Program-made: the position numbers and the translations under genes
Shown: piece by piece, positions 35,155 through 45,019 of the stretch
How the letters are laid out: each line of letters opens with the position of its first letter
Numbering within the stretch: the stretch's first letter is position 1
Notes under the pieces: generated by a model
Told to the model about the DNA's origin: nothing
The model's input: the letters and a program-made list of their open reading frames with translations, nothing else
Database searches by the model: none
Assembly (NCBI GenBank): GCA_031289425.1
Contig: JAITPM010000040.1
Coordinates: 55,423-119,422, forward strand
DNA: 64,000 nucleotides
Direction: 5' to 3'
Source: Fusobacteriaceae bacterium
GTDB lineage: Bacteria; Fusobacteriota; Fusobacteriia; Fusobacteriales; Fusobacteriaceae

Positions 35155-36138
35155 TCATTTTTTGAATAATAAGTCAATTTTTTCTCCTATCAATTTTTTA
35201 TTCTCAAAATTTAAATGGGTATAGATATTCATTGTCGTAGAAATACTACTATGACCAAGCCAATTTTGGATATCTTTCATTGGAATTCCCATTTGGTATA
35301 GAAAAGTTGCGCAGGTATGCCTTAAATCATGAAATCGTACTTCTTTGACATTATACTTTGATAGAATTTGTTTAAACTTTCTTGAAAGATAACCTGGTTT
35401 GACTAATTCACCAAATCCATCCCTATAAATATATTCTAAATACTTTTTCTTATAACATTTTTTCTTTAAATCTTCGTCTTGCTTTGCCTTTATTCTAATG
35501 AGAAGATTCTTAAATTCAGGAATTATTGGGAAATTTCTATAGCTAGAATCTGTTTTACCGTAATTTCTCTCTATGATTTGTAATTTTCCATTAATTTTGA
35601 TTCTTAAAACTGTATCTTTAACTAAAAAAATATTTTTAACCAGATCTATTGAAGACCACTTTAAACCAATAATTTCGCTTCTTCTTAAACCATAAATTCC
35701 ACCTAAAAATATTCCCATTTCTATTTGGTTATTTTTTTCTTTTTCTAATAAAAATTTTAAAGTTTCTGGTTCCAAAATTTCATGCATAAATTTTTTTGAC
35801 TTAGGGAATTTAATATAAATTGCTGGATTATCAATTCTAAGTTTTAACACATATATAGCATAATCCAATACAGGTTTAATTATGATATGTCTCTTTTTTA
35901 AAGTTGAAACATTTATACCTCTGTCTAATTCTGAAAAATAAAATTTTTGTAAATCGCTAGTTGTTATATCCTCTATGTAAATTTTCTTTTTCTCGAAATA
36001 TGGAATAATAATGTTTTTGACAATACTTTCATATCCAAGATACGTAGATTTCTCTATATTATATTTCATTGTTGTTAACCACTCTTTTACAACTTCTGAA
36101 AAAAGTGTTTTTCTTATTTTTTTATTCAAATTTATCAC
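35155..36138 (-). CDS. Tyrosine-type site-specific integrase
   Basis: GLRRSEI (Arg I), HDLRHTCATFL (box II H-x-x-R), LGHSSISTTMNIYTH (catalytic Tyr context). 327 aa. Confidence 0.9.
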   Translation of the reverse strand: MINLNKKIRKTLFSEVVKEWLTTMKYNIEKSTYLGYESIVKNIIIPYFEKKKIYIEDITTSDLQKFYFSELDRGINVSTLKKRHIIIKPVLDYAIYVLKLRIDNPAIYIKFPKSKKFMHEILEPETLKFLLEKEKNNQIEMGIFLGGIYGLRRSEIIGLKWSSIDLVKNIFLVKDTVLRIKINGKLQIIERNYGKTDSSYRNFPIIPEFKNLLIRIKAKQDEDLKKKCYKKKYLEYIYRDGFGELVKPGYLSRKFKQILSKYNVKEVRFHDLRHTCATFLYQMGIPMKDIQNWLGHSSISTTMNIYTHLNFENKKLIGEKIDLLFKK

Positions 36139-36201
36139 CTTATAATATAATTTTTTTAATGTTATTCTATCACAAAATTTCAGATTATTTTAAAAAATAA
36201 A

Positions 36202-36230
36202 TTGACATGTGTAAAATTATATTATACAAT
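36202..36230 (+). promoter_or_regulatory. Near-consensus sigma-70 promoter with no downstream protein gene
   Basis: TTGACA (36202-36207), 17 nt, TACAAT (36225-36230). Followed by the palindrome AATTCAAC-AG-GTTGAATT (36233-36250). Confidence 0.45.
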
Positions 36231-36306
36231 CGAATTCAACAGGTTGAATTATATAATATAATTTAATACTAGATGTAAAAAATGAAAAACGCAACCAACA
36301 TCGGAA

Positions 36307-36338
36307 ATAGAGTCAGCCCATGGCTCTATTTCTTTTAG
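36307..36338 (+). terminator. Stem-loop plus T tract closing the short + strand transcription unit
   Basis: ATAGAG(tca)GCC-cat-GGCTCTAT (36307-36329), followed by TTCTTTT. Confidence 0.4.
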
Positions 36339-36341
36339 ATT

Positions 36342-37115
36342 TTAAAAAGTAACTCTTAACCCCAAACCGCCATAAAGTTGGGTATTAATTTTTACAATCG
36401 GAGATTTTTTTATTTTATCATCAACGATTTCAATTCCAGAAAAAATTGTTGCAGCAAAATTATCATTTATTGCACACTCTAATGATATGTTAGATGCGCC
36501 ACTAAATGATGTTCGCCCTTTGTATGACTCTTTAATTTTAGCGTTTTTAATAACTTCTTGTTCTGTTATTCCAATAAAATGATTTGTAAATTTTTTATCC
36601 ATAATTTTTCCAGAAATTGATGGAATTATAGTAAATCTATCAAAAATTCTAAAAATTGTTCCAAATGTAATTTCGGCTTTCGACCCATTTTTACCAATTT
36701 GATAAGTTAAATTTGTAAAAATTTCATCAGTTAAAAAAGCATCTAAAGAAACCCCGCCAACAGGAAATGCTTTTCGATTATCAATATTACGATACCCATC
36801 TTTCATTTTTTTTGATTTTATAGTCCATCCATCGAAATATCCGTAAAGAGGATTAACTATTAGAGAAAATTTAAACATTGGTTCTTCATAGAAAATATAT
36901 CCTAGTTCTAGTGATCCCCTAAGAAAAAAACGATTAAGTCGTAAATTTAATAGAGGTAATGACCTTATTTCTCCTTCCGCATTATAAATTGATCGAATAT
37001 AATTTAAAGCTATTCCAGCTGTTTGAATAGGGTTTTCTATATAGTCATCATCTTTAGAAAATAAAAAATTTGATAATAAAAGTATATACATTATACATTT
37101 GCTAAGTTTTTTCAT
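36342..37115 (-). CDS. MipA/OmpV-family outer-membrane beta-barrel protein
   Basis: Signal peptide MKKLSKCIMYILLLSNFLF, alternating-hydrophobic beta strands and a terminal aromatic residue (..GLGLRVTF). RBS GAGGGGGTGA. Start overlaps the virB4 stop by 14 nt. Confidence 0.6.
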   Translation of the reverse strand: MKKLSKCIMYILLLSNFLFSKDDDYIENPIQTAGIALNYIRSIYNAEGEIRSLPLLNLRLNRFFLRGSLELGYIFYEEPMFKFSLIVNPLYGYFDGWTIKSKKMKDGYRNIDNRKAFPVGGVSLDAFLTDEIFTNLTYQIGKNGSKAEITFGTIFRIFDRFTIIPSISGKIMDKKFTNHFIGITEQEVIKNAKIKESYKGRTSFSGASNISLECAINDNFAATIFSGIEIVDDKIKKSPIVKINTQLYGGLGLRVTF

Positions 37116-39609
37116 TGTTTTCACCCCCTCTTTCATTGGTTTTTTCATTCGTTAAATTTTTTACTGTTTCTATAATATTGTCTCCGTTGAATCCTTTGAA
37201 ATTTAGCCATTGTGCATTAAATTTTTCTTTAGAACCTATAGTGTTTTTTATATCTTTCGCTTTTATTTGATCTTCTTTAGTAGATGTGGCCACATATGCT
37301 AATTCTATATTAGATAGAGCCAATTCAAATAGTCTAGAACCCTCTGGGTTCTTGAAATAATATTGTCGTTTCGGTATAGCATATGCAATTCTGTTAATTT
37401 CCGTAGGATTTAAACCAAAAAGTTTATAAATATCTTTTTGGTCTTCTCCAGCAGCATTTGCATTTGGAAGATAAAATCGAGTATAGCAATTATCCAATAA
37501 ACCATGTAAAATTTTACTGTCTCTAGCATCACTCATTGATTGTGTTGCAAAAATTACAGAAGCATTTTTTTTTCTAAAAGTTTTTAACCATTTTTTTATT
37601 CTATCTTCAAATTTTGGGTTATTAAGGAACACCCAAGCTTCATCTAAACAAATTAAAACTGGATTACCATCTAATTTATTTTCTAACATGTGAAATAAAT
37701 AATCTAGTGCTGGAGAAATCGCCGCTTTATTATCGACTATCTTCTCCATTTCAAAGACGGTAAAACTAGATTCTTCAAAATTTTCATTGTCACTATCAAA
37801 GTAACGTGCAAGTTGACCTTTACCTGTAAATATATTTAATGTTTCTCCGAGTTTTTTATTCTGTCCAAACAACAGATCCCTAAATAACGACATTGTTCTT
37901 TTGCCTGTATCATAAGCCGCTAAGCTGCCTAAAGTATTCCAGATTAATTGTTTTAACTCAGGATTTAATATTATATTTTGTTCTTCTATGATCGTTGCAA
38001 TAAATTCAGCAGCCCATTCTTTTTCCAGTTCATTATGAATGTTTTTTAGTGGCTGAAAAGAAAGTGTTTTATTTTCTCCTAGATCATAAAATTTTCCATT
38101 ACAAGCATAATTCAGGACACGTGAGGAACCACCCATGTCAAACGTATAAACTTTAGCATTTTTATATCCCAAAAATTGTGCTGTTAAAAAATTTAAAAGC
38201 ACAGATTTTCCGCTACCAGTTGGACCAAATACTAGAGAGTGACCAACATCCCCATAATGGAGATTTATTCTAAAAGGAGTGCTCCCAGTGGTTTGTGTAT
38301 ATACCAATGCTGGCTCATTCAGATGATAATTTTTTTCTCTACCACTCCATACTGCTGATGTTGGTATCAAATGTGCCGTAGAAAGTGAACTGATTGGCGG
38401 TCTTCTATCGTTACATAGTACATTTCCTGGAATTGTTCCTAGGAATGCTTCCATATTATGAAAAGTTTCTATTTTAGAAACAAACCCAATTGAATTTAGT
38501 ATATTTTTTATTAATGAGCAATTATCTTCTAATATTTTTTTATCTTGATCAAATATGACTGCGGTTAAAGTATAAAAACCAATAGATATTTGATCACCTT
38601 CCACTTTGTATTGTTCTTGTTGGACTTCTTCGGCATTAGCTAGTGCGTTACGATTAAAACTTTTAGTTTCCTTTTGAGTTACAGCTTCGGCTATTGAATC
38701 TTTAAATGATTTGCGTTTTCCATACCATTTTTTGTAGTATTTGTTTAATTCAGTTAAAGCTGAAAACTTTTCAAGCGGAATGAATCGTGTAACTAACCTG
38801 AATTCTATATTTGTATTATTTAGTTTATCTAAAATTCCTTCAAACGAATCATTGGGAAAATTTAAAATAGATATAGTTTTAAAGAAATTTTTACCTAACA
38901 TCGGCTCCATCCCAGCAATTAAATCACAATCAGCCAGATAATTATCCAAAAGAGAAAAACAATATTGAGGAACTTCTATCTCAAAGTCTGAATCTGAAAT
39001 ACAACTATGGTAATAACTTAGTTGTTCTTTAGTATTTAACATAGTGATTTCTTTAAAACATTCACTTAATAGATAATAGATATTTGTTATTTCATCTTTG
39101 TATGATTTCAAATTTTCTTGGAATGTAGATAAAATTTCCTGTTCTGTAGATTTTGTGAAAAATAAAGAACCTAATTTTTTATATTTGTCTTCTGGAGTAC
39201 GGTATGTGATTGTTATGTAATATTTACTTTCATAATGGCTTCCAGATTTGAAAAAATCTTCTCTTTCTCTTTCAATAATTTGAACTGGAATTTCTTTCAT
39301 ATATGATTTTTTCATATATGACTTTGATTTGAATCTTCTCATTTCAATATGAAAAGTCCACCTTTCGTCTACTCTCTTGAGTGTATTGTTTAACCTAGAA
39401 GAAAGATTATTTAATTCGTCCATCGTGCATGATGCAAGATCGGATCCTCTGTATGAAAAAGTTGTCTGGAATGCACCAGTTTTATTTATTATTATCCCAT
39501 CTTCTAAAATATATGCCCATGGTAAAAGATGAACCAACTTATGAGATTTATTATTAAAAAATTTTAAAAGATCTTTATTATAATTTTTCATGCCCTCATT
39601 TAAAAACAT
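37102..39609 (-). CDS. virB4: Type IV secretion ATPase VirB4/TrbE
   Basis: 835 aa. GPTGSGKSVLLNFL Walker A, ICLDEAW Walker B, FATQS motif. Confidence 0.9.
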   Translation of the reverse strand: MFLNEGMKNYNKDLLKFFNNKSHKLVHLLPWAYILEDGIIINKTGAFQTTFSYRGSDLASCTMDELNNLSSRLNNTLKRVDERWTFHIEMRRFKSKSYMKKSYMKEIPVQIIEREREDFFKSGSHYESKYYITITYRTPEDKYKKLGSLFFTKSTEQEILSTFQENLKSYKDEITNIYYLLSECFKEITMLNTKEQLSYYHSCISDSDFEIEVPQYCFSLLDNYLADCDLIAGMEPMLGKNFFKTISILNFPNDSFEGILDKLNNTNIEFRLVTRFIPLEKFSALTELNKYYKKWYGKRKSFKDSIAEAVTQKETKSFNRNALANAEEVQQEQYKVEGDQISIGFYTLTAVIFDQDKKILEDNCSLIKNILNSIGFVSKIETFHNMEAFLGTIPGNVLCNDRRPPISSLSTAHLIPTSAVWSGREKNYHLNEPALVYTQTTGSTPFRINLHYGDVGHSLVFGPTGSGKSVLLNFLTAQFLGYKNAKVYTFDMGGSSRVLNYACNGKFYDLGENKTLSFQPLKNIHNELEKEWAAEFIATIIEEQNIILNPELKQLIWNTLGSLAAYDTGKRTMSLFRDLLFGQNKKLGETLNIFTGKGQLARYFDSDNENFEESSFTVFEMEKIVDNKAAISPALDYLFHMLENKLDGNPVLICLDEAWVFLNNPKFEDRIKKWLKTFRKKNASVIFATQSMSDARDSKILHGLLDNCYTRFYLPNANAAGEDQKDIYKLFGLNPTEINRIAYAIPKRQYYFKNPEGSRLFELALSNIELAYVATSTKEDQIKAKDIKNTIGSKEKFNAQWLNFKGFNGDNIIETVKNLTNEKTNERGGENNEKT

Positions 39610-39618
39610 AGTTACTCC

Positions 39619-39852
39619 TTATGATTCATAGCGATTGTTATATTTTAAAGATTCTATAAAGTGTTCAAAAAATTTCCCATCTTTTTTTGTAAAATCTACT
39701 ATTAATATATGAGTTAAAATAAAGATGAATATTAGATACCACCTTATATACAGCATACAAAAAGCAGAACCAGCATTTAATATAACTGGTATTCTTGCTC
39801 CACCAGCAATAGTTATATCAACTATTAGTGCTTTGCAAATTTTTTCTTTCAT
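39619..39852 (-). CDS. VirB3/TrbD-like small inner-membrane T4SS protein
   Basis: 77 aa starting at MKEKICKAL, with two hydrophobic segments, located directly upstream of virB4. The longer ORF to 39909 would overlap the virB11 3' end. Confidence 0.5.
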   Translation of the reverse strand: MKEKICKALIVDITIAGGARIPVILNAGSAFCMLYIRWYLIFIFILTHILIVDFTKKDGKFFEHFIESLKYNNRYES

Positions 39853-39856
39853 AGCA

Positions 39857-40792
39857 TTACTCCACTTTTTTATATATATAATTTCTATTATCGTAACCGA
39901 TGACTTCAACTATTTCTTTTACTTCTCTTCCAAGTTTATGTTTTTCAATATAAACTACGACATTTACAACATCTGCAATTACCTCTGATTGAGAATTTGC
40001 AGAGACTTCCATTATATATTGTTCAAGTTTTCTCAAACCACCACTTACAGAGTTTGCATGGATTGTGCATATCCCTCCGGGATGTCCAGAATTCCATGCC
40101 TTTAATAATTCAAGAGCTGCTCCATCACGTAGTTCGCCGACAAAAATTCTGTCTGGTCGCATTCTCATAGAATTAAATATTAAATCCCTTATTTTTTTTG
40201 TTTCAGAAGTGCGATAATAGATTTTGTTGTCACCAGAGTATTGCAATTCTCTAGTATCTTCAATTATAATTATTCTTTCATTGAATTTGGCTATTTCTTG
40301 TATTATTGCATTACAAAGGGTAGTTTTCCCTGAACCGGTACCACCTACAACAAGAATATTTTTATGATTTTTGACTGCTTCGCAGATAACATTTTTATGG
40401 TTTTCAGTCATAATATTTTTTTCAACATAATCATCTAATGAAAATATTAATACCGCTTTTTTCCGAATTGAAAAAGTAGGATTTATAACTATTGGCGGAA
40501 TATCTCCATGGAACCTTTCACCGCTTATAGGAAGTTCTGCATCTATGCATGGATTTATTTCATTTATTTCATGATAAATTGAACTTGCTATTAAATAAAT
40601 TGCATTTTTAGCAACATCAGAATTTATAATTATTCCCGTATCTATCATACCTTTGGTTAAACTATCTGTCCATAAATGCTGATCATCATTTAACATAATT
40701 TCAATTATGTCATCGTCATTTAAAAATTTCATTACATCTTTCCCAAAAGTATATTCCAGGATTTCTTTAGTATTATTATTCTCATTGTTCAT
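39857..40792 (-). CDS. virB11: Type IV secretion ATPase VirB11/TrbB
   Basis: VVGGTGSGKTT Walker A, IIIEDTREL Asp box, RMRPDRIFVGELRD, His box GHPGGICTIHA. Confidence 0.9.
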   Translation of the reverse strand: MNNENNNTKEILEYTFGKDVMKFLNDDDIIEIMLNDDQHLWTDSLTKGMIDTGIIINSDVAKNAIYLIASSIYHEINEINPCIDAELPISGERFHGDIPPIVINPTFSIRKKAVLIFSLDDYVEKNIMTENHKNVICEAVKNHKNILVVGGTGSGKTTLCNAIIQEIAKFNERIIIIEDTRELQYSGDNKIYYRTSETKKIRDLIFNSMRMRPDRIFVGELRDGAALELLKAWNSGHPGGICTIHANSVSGGLRKLEQYIMEVSANSQSEVIADVVNVVVYIEKHKLGREVKEIVEVIGYDNRNYIYKKVE

Positions 40793-41080
40793 TTATACCT
40801 CTTGTTCAAATAGAGGTTCATTATTTTCACTAATTTCAATTTGAGTAATCGAAAATTTTTCAATTTTATTAGTTATAATTTTTTGTAATTCTTCGATTTT
40901 AATTTTATCATTTAAAATTAAGTTTATATTATCAACAGTTAAATCTTTTGGCATAATTTTTTCTGCTATCTTTAGCAGAGTAACTTTACGAAGCTTATCG
41001 TATTCTTCTCTTTTTCTTTTTAGATTTTCTTGCATGTTTTTTATTTGTTCTTCAAATATAGATAGTTTAGTTTTACTCAT
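40793..41080 (-). CDS. Hypothetical coiled-coil protein
   Basis: 95 aa charged heptad-like sequence, tightly packed between virD4 and virB11. Confidence 0.45.
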   Translation of the reverse strand: MSKTKLSIFEEQIKNMQENLKRKREEYDKLRKVTLLKIAEKIMPKDLTVDNINLILNDKIKIEELQKIITNKIEKFSITQIEISENNEPLFEQEV

Positions 41081-41095
41081 TTTATCACCTCATAA

Positions 41096-42913
41096 TTATA
41101 GTTTTATAGCTTGTCTTTTTTTAAATTTTTCTTCTAAATACCATCGAATTTTTTGACCCATAATAGGTTTTTTACCTGTAACAAAAATAAGAGTTTTATC
41201 TTCATCCATTTGAGAGATTTCATCAGGTGTCATTAATGATCTGCTGATATAGGATTCATTATAGTGTTTTTTTGCCATTATTTTAAATGCACCATCATAT
41301 GATTCTGTGGTTTGTTTTACTGTTTTTTTGCCTAATTTTTTTTCAATTAACATAGGTGTTTTCTCATCATTAGGAGTATAAAAAACAGAAATTCGGCAAT
41401 TAGATATAATAGAATTATTTTCTCCGTATATTTTATTAATCTGTGCAATATCTTGAATTATTATTGTTGGTTTAATTCCATATCCTGCAACATAGGCCAA
41501 TGAATCATGTAATAAATTCATTCGCCCTAGAGTCGGAAATTCATCAATCAAAAGTAATAACTTATTTTTATAATCGGTTCTTCCATCCACAATTTTCATT
41601 TTTTTAGTTAAGATATAAATAATTTGAGTAAGTAATATTTTCATTAATACTGCTACAATTCTCAAGTCAGATGGAGGAGTAACAAAGTATAAGGATATTG
41701 GTACTTCAAAATTCATTAAATCATCAATTCTGAAATCAGAATTTTGAATATTTTTTGCTATTGTAGGAGTTGTAAGTACTTTTATATTAGTAAGAGAAGA
41801 AGATATAATTCCCGATCGTTCATTTGGTGCAGAATTTAGCAAATGGGAACCAATCTCTGAAATACTTGGGTGTACTCTTGGTTGTAAATCACCATCAATT
41901 TCAATCACTTTTCCATAAATATTTTCAAATAAATTTTCTTCATATTTTTGATTATGGGGGGTTGTTTTCATCAATTCTAGTTTTTCCTCTAATGAATTTG
42001 ATGGATTAGTCATAAAATCATTTACATCAACTAATGTGGCTACTCTATCTTCTATTACATATAGAACATGCAATATAACTGCAGTAAGTAAATTTACTGC
42101 ATTTTTCGAAAAAAAATCATCTTTATCTGGATCAGGACTAATTATTATATCAGCTATGTTTCTAGCATCTTGATATTCAAATAAAGAGGCTTTTCTTATT
42201 TCCACTAATGGATTAAAATGACAACTATCTAAATCGGTAGGTGCAAATTTTAAACATTTTTGGCCTATAGAAGTTCTATATACAGAAGTTAATGCCCAGT
42301 TTTCTCCTTTAATATCATTTATTATCACACTACCTTTCCAAGTCAAAAGAGTAGGGATAACTAAAGAAACCCCCTTTCCAGATCTTGTTGGTGCTACTAT
42401 TGTTACTGGATGCGTTTGTATATCCATTAAATCTCTTCCAAATTGATCACGGCCAATAACAACACCATCAGTTTCAAATTCTTCTTTTGTTTTTATTTTT
42501 TCTTTATATAAGCTATAAAATCCAGCCTTTTCATATGCCTTTATTATCTCTTCTTTTTTTGGAAATAGATCCATTGAATCTATATCATTTTTTTCAGCAA
42601 AACTTGCGCTACCGTGAGAAATATTTTTTATATTTTTTCTTGTAATCATAAAAATTATAAAAAAGGCAGTAAAATTAATTATAAAAAATATTTTTGTGGA
42701 TATTGCATTAGCCAAAGGTGCGCTTTTTTTAAATTTACTAATAAATTCAAAAAATTGAAGTGGGTGATACACATGAATATCACCAATTGTAAAACCACCC
42801 AACGAAGTATGGTAATTGGTATATTTTGCAAACATTTGTGTTGCCACAACGAGTGAGATAAAAAAACTAATCATCATAATAATAAAGATAGTTTTCTTTT
42901 TTATTTTAATCAC
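41096..42913 (-). CDS. virD4: Type IV coupling protein VirD4/TraG
   Basis: 605 aa. Two N-terminal TM segments, APTRSGKGVSLVIP Walker A, LLLIDEFPTLG Walker B. Confidence 0.9.
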   Translation of the reverse strand: MIKIKKKTIFIIMMISFFISLVVATQMFAKYTNYHTSLGGFTIGDIHVYHPLQFFEFISKFKKSAPLANAISTKIFFIINFTAFFIIFMITRKNIKNISHGSASFAEKNDIDSMDLFPKKEEIIKAYEKAGFYSLYKEKIKTKEEFETDGVVIGRDQFGRDLMDIQTHPVTIVAPTRSGKGVSLVIPTLLTWKGSVIINDIKGENWALTSVYRTSIGQKCLKFAPTDLDSCHFNPLVEIRKASLFEYQDARNIADIIISPDPDKDDFFSKNAVNLLTAVILHVLYVIEDRVATLVDVNDFMTNPSNSLEEKLELMKTTPHNQKYEENLFENIYGKVIEIDGDLQPRVHPSISEIGSHLLNSAPNERSGIISSSLTNIKVLTTPTIAKNIQNSDFRIDDLMNFEVPISLYFVTPPSDLRIVAVLMKILLTQIIYILTKKMKIVDGRTDYKNKLLLLIDEFPTLGRMNLLHDSLAYVAGYGIKPTIIIQDIAQINKIYGENNSIISNCRISVFYTPNDEKTPMLIEKKLGKKTVKQTTESYDGAFKIMAKKHYNESYISRSLMTPDEISQMDEDKTLIFVTGKKPIMGQKIRWYLEEKFKKRQAIKL

Positions 42914-44055
42914 CTTCTTGAAGAAATAGAATATGGAGATAAAATCATATCTGAATGCACCATAATATTAAACCTAGTTCCTTCTTTGATATCAATTGTT
43001 GGTTGACGACTTAAGGCTCTCTCAGCAAATTTATCCCCAATTGTAATAATTTGTTCCCCAGCACCATTGGCAGCGGCACTTTGCCAGGTATCATTTTCAT
43101 CTGTTATCACAGCAGCGGCAGCCCCCATTATAGAAGCCAAAACTACACCTTTTAGTAAAGTTGCGAAATGATTATTTACCTTGCCTGTAATTCCTGCTTT
43201 TCCAGTTAAATCAACACCTTGCATATTTTCTAAATTAATAGATGATCCGTTTGGAAAGATCATTCTTTGCCAAACAACAAGCAAACGATTTTGCCCAAAG
43301 GTTACATTACTGTCATAAGTTCCAACGATTCTAGTTCCCTGTGGAATTAGCAAATAATTTCCTGTTACAGTGTCATATACGTTCGCTCTTACGAGAGCAA
43401 CAATAATTTTAGCAGGTAGATCCGAATTTATGCCAGATAGCATAATAGCAGGAATAAAATCACCAGTTTTTACTTCATATTCTGAAATTTTAGGAATTAT
43501 CGTACCACTCAAATAAAATTTATTGGTTTTTGCAGTTTGTAAAAATTTTGCTTTTGAAGCTTGCCTGTTTAGGTCAACATCTTGGTCAGGAATTTCTTCC
43601 GTATTATTTAAATTTATATTGGCATTATTATTAGACATCATACCAAAACTAACTGGAGAAAGCCTAGCTGTATCGGTTGATTCTCTTAGTTTGCGAAGTT
43701 GTTCTTTTTTATATTCTGCCATTGAATCAATTTCTCTATTAGATTGTTGTTGATTGTTTTGTTCATTTGTAATTTTATCACTAGGATTTCTGTCCAATAT
43801 ATCTTCTTGTCGATTGTCTTTGTAAGATCCAGAAAAAGGATTTTCAGGAGCCGTTGTTGTTTCTTCTTCTTGTTTAAAAACAGTATCTTGCTTTGGTGGT
43901 CTTTTCATCATAAAGTAAGCAAGAATAAAAAGTACTATTATAAAAAGTATTATTATTAAATTTTTTCTGGGAAACTTACCAAGGTAGTTTTCGTTACGTA
44001 TAGGACTTTGTGTAACATTGGTTTGTTGCTCAATATTGTTCAAATTATTATCCAT
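42910..44055 (-). CDS. virB10: VirB10/TrbI
   Basis: N-terminal TM segment, low-complexity Q/N/E linker, conserved C-terminal barrel domain (IPQGTRIVG...NRLLVVWQRMIFPNG...DLTGKAGITGKVNNHF). Confidence 0.85.
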   Translation of the reverse strand: MDNNLNNIEQQTNVTQSPIRNENYLGKFPRKNLIIILFIIVLFILAYFMMKRPPKQDTVFKQEEETTTAPENPFSGSYKDNRQEDILDRNPSDKITNEQNNQQQSNREIDSMAEYKKEQLRKLRESTDTARLSPVSFGMMSNNNANINLNNTEEIPDQDVDLNRQASKAKFLQTAKTNKFYLSGTIIPKISEYEVKTGDFIPAIMLSGINSDLPAKIIVALVRANVYDTVTGNYLLIPQGTRIVGTYDSNVTFGQNRLLVVWQRMIFPNGSSINLENMQGVDLTGKAGITGKVNNHFATLLKGVVLASIMGAAAAVITDENDTWQSAAANGAGEQIITIGDKFAERALSRQPTIDIKEGTRFNIMVHSDMILSPYSISSRR

Positions 44056-44068
44056 AAATAGTTTCCAC

Positions 44069-45007
44069 CTATCTTCTTATTCTGTATATGTCTGATTCAT
44101 TTCTTACCATACTACCTTTTCTTTTTATTGTTATTTCTTTTTTCCCCATTTTTAAAGTTGCTTGTTCAAACAATCTATCAATAACAGCAACATTATCTTG
44201 CATTCGATACCTTACTAATGCTAGTTTTCCAGTCTGTTCATCTTTTATATAAAGCACGGGGATCTCTCTGTTTTTTATAGCTTCATTAAGAATGACGAAG
44301 GTTTTAGATCCATCATTAAATACTTCACGAGGAGACCAATAATATTTTTTTTTATTCCATTTGTAATCATAATTCAAACTTTCTAGAGATACATTTGTGG
44401 AAGCTATAGTATTTTTTTTAATATTTTCTAAAGCTTTTTGTGCTTCCTTTGGATATAAGAACTCTACTGCTGGATTATACCAATCATTTGCTGCCTGCAG
44501 AAAAAAATTATAACTTCTTTTTGAAGTATTTATTAATAAATTACTTTTTATTCCAGTAAAAAAAGGTTTTATTACTACTACTTGGCGAACCCCTTTTTCG
44601 CTTCCTGATGTTCCTTGATCAATCACCCATCTTGCAGTGTCTCCTCCAGCTGTATAAATAATTTCCTCATCAGGGTTTAAATATATTGTAGTAATAAATC
44701 CTGCTCTACAATAAATTCTATACATATCATTTTCAACATAAACAAAATTTGTAGCAATATTTCGTTTGGCATCTTTTAAACCAGATTTTATTTCTGGTTC
44801 CTTCATGGAATAATCAACATACGTAGATTTTATTTCTTCTACGGCTTGAGTTTCTTCATAAATATTTATTCCATATTTTCTTATTGAGTCATCAACCATT
44901 TCTTGTGTTATTTGTGTAGGATTATTAGTATTTGTACTTTCATTTTTAGTTGCCAATAAGATTGAAGATAATGAGAATAAAAAAAGTATAAATTTTAATT
45001 TTTTCAT
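44069..45007 (-). CDS. virB9: VirB9/TrbG
   Basis: 312 aa secreted protein, located between virB8 and virB10. YNPAVEFLYP-type motif region. Confidence 0.75.
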   Translation of the reverse strand: MKKLKFILFLFSLSSILLATKNESTNTNNPTQITQEMVDDSIRKYGINIYEETQAVEEIKSTYVDYSMKEPEIKSGLKDAKRNIATNFVYVENDMYRIYCRAGFITTIYLNPDEEIIYTAGGDTARWVIDQGTSGSEKGVRQVVVIKPFFTGIKSNLLINTSKRSYNFFLQAANDWYNPAVEFLYPKEAQKALENIKKNTIASTNVSLESLNYDYKWNKKKYYWSPREVFNDGSKTFVILNEAIKNREIPVLYIKDEQTGKLALVRYRMQDNVAVIDRLFEQATLKMGKKEITIKRKGSMVRNESDIYRIRR

Positions 45008-45019
45008 ATTTTCTCCTAA

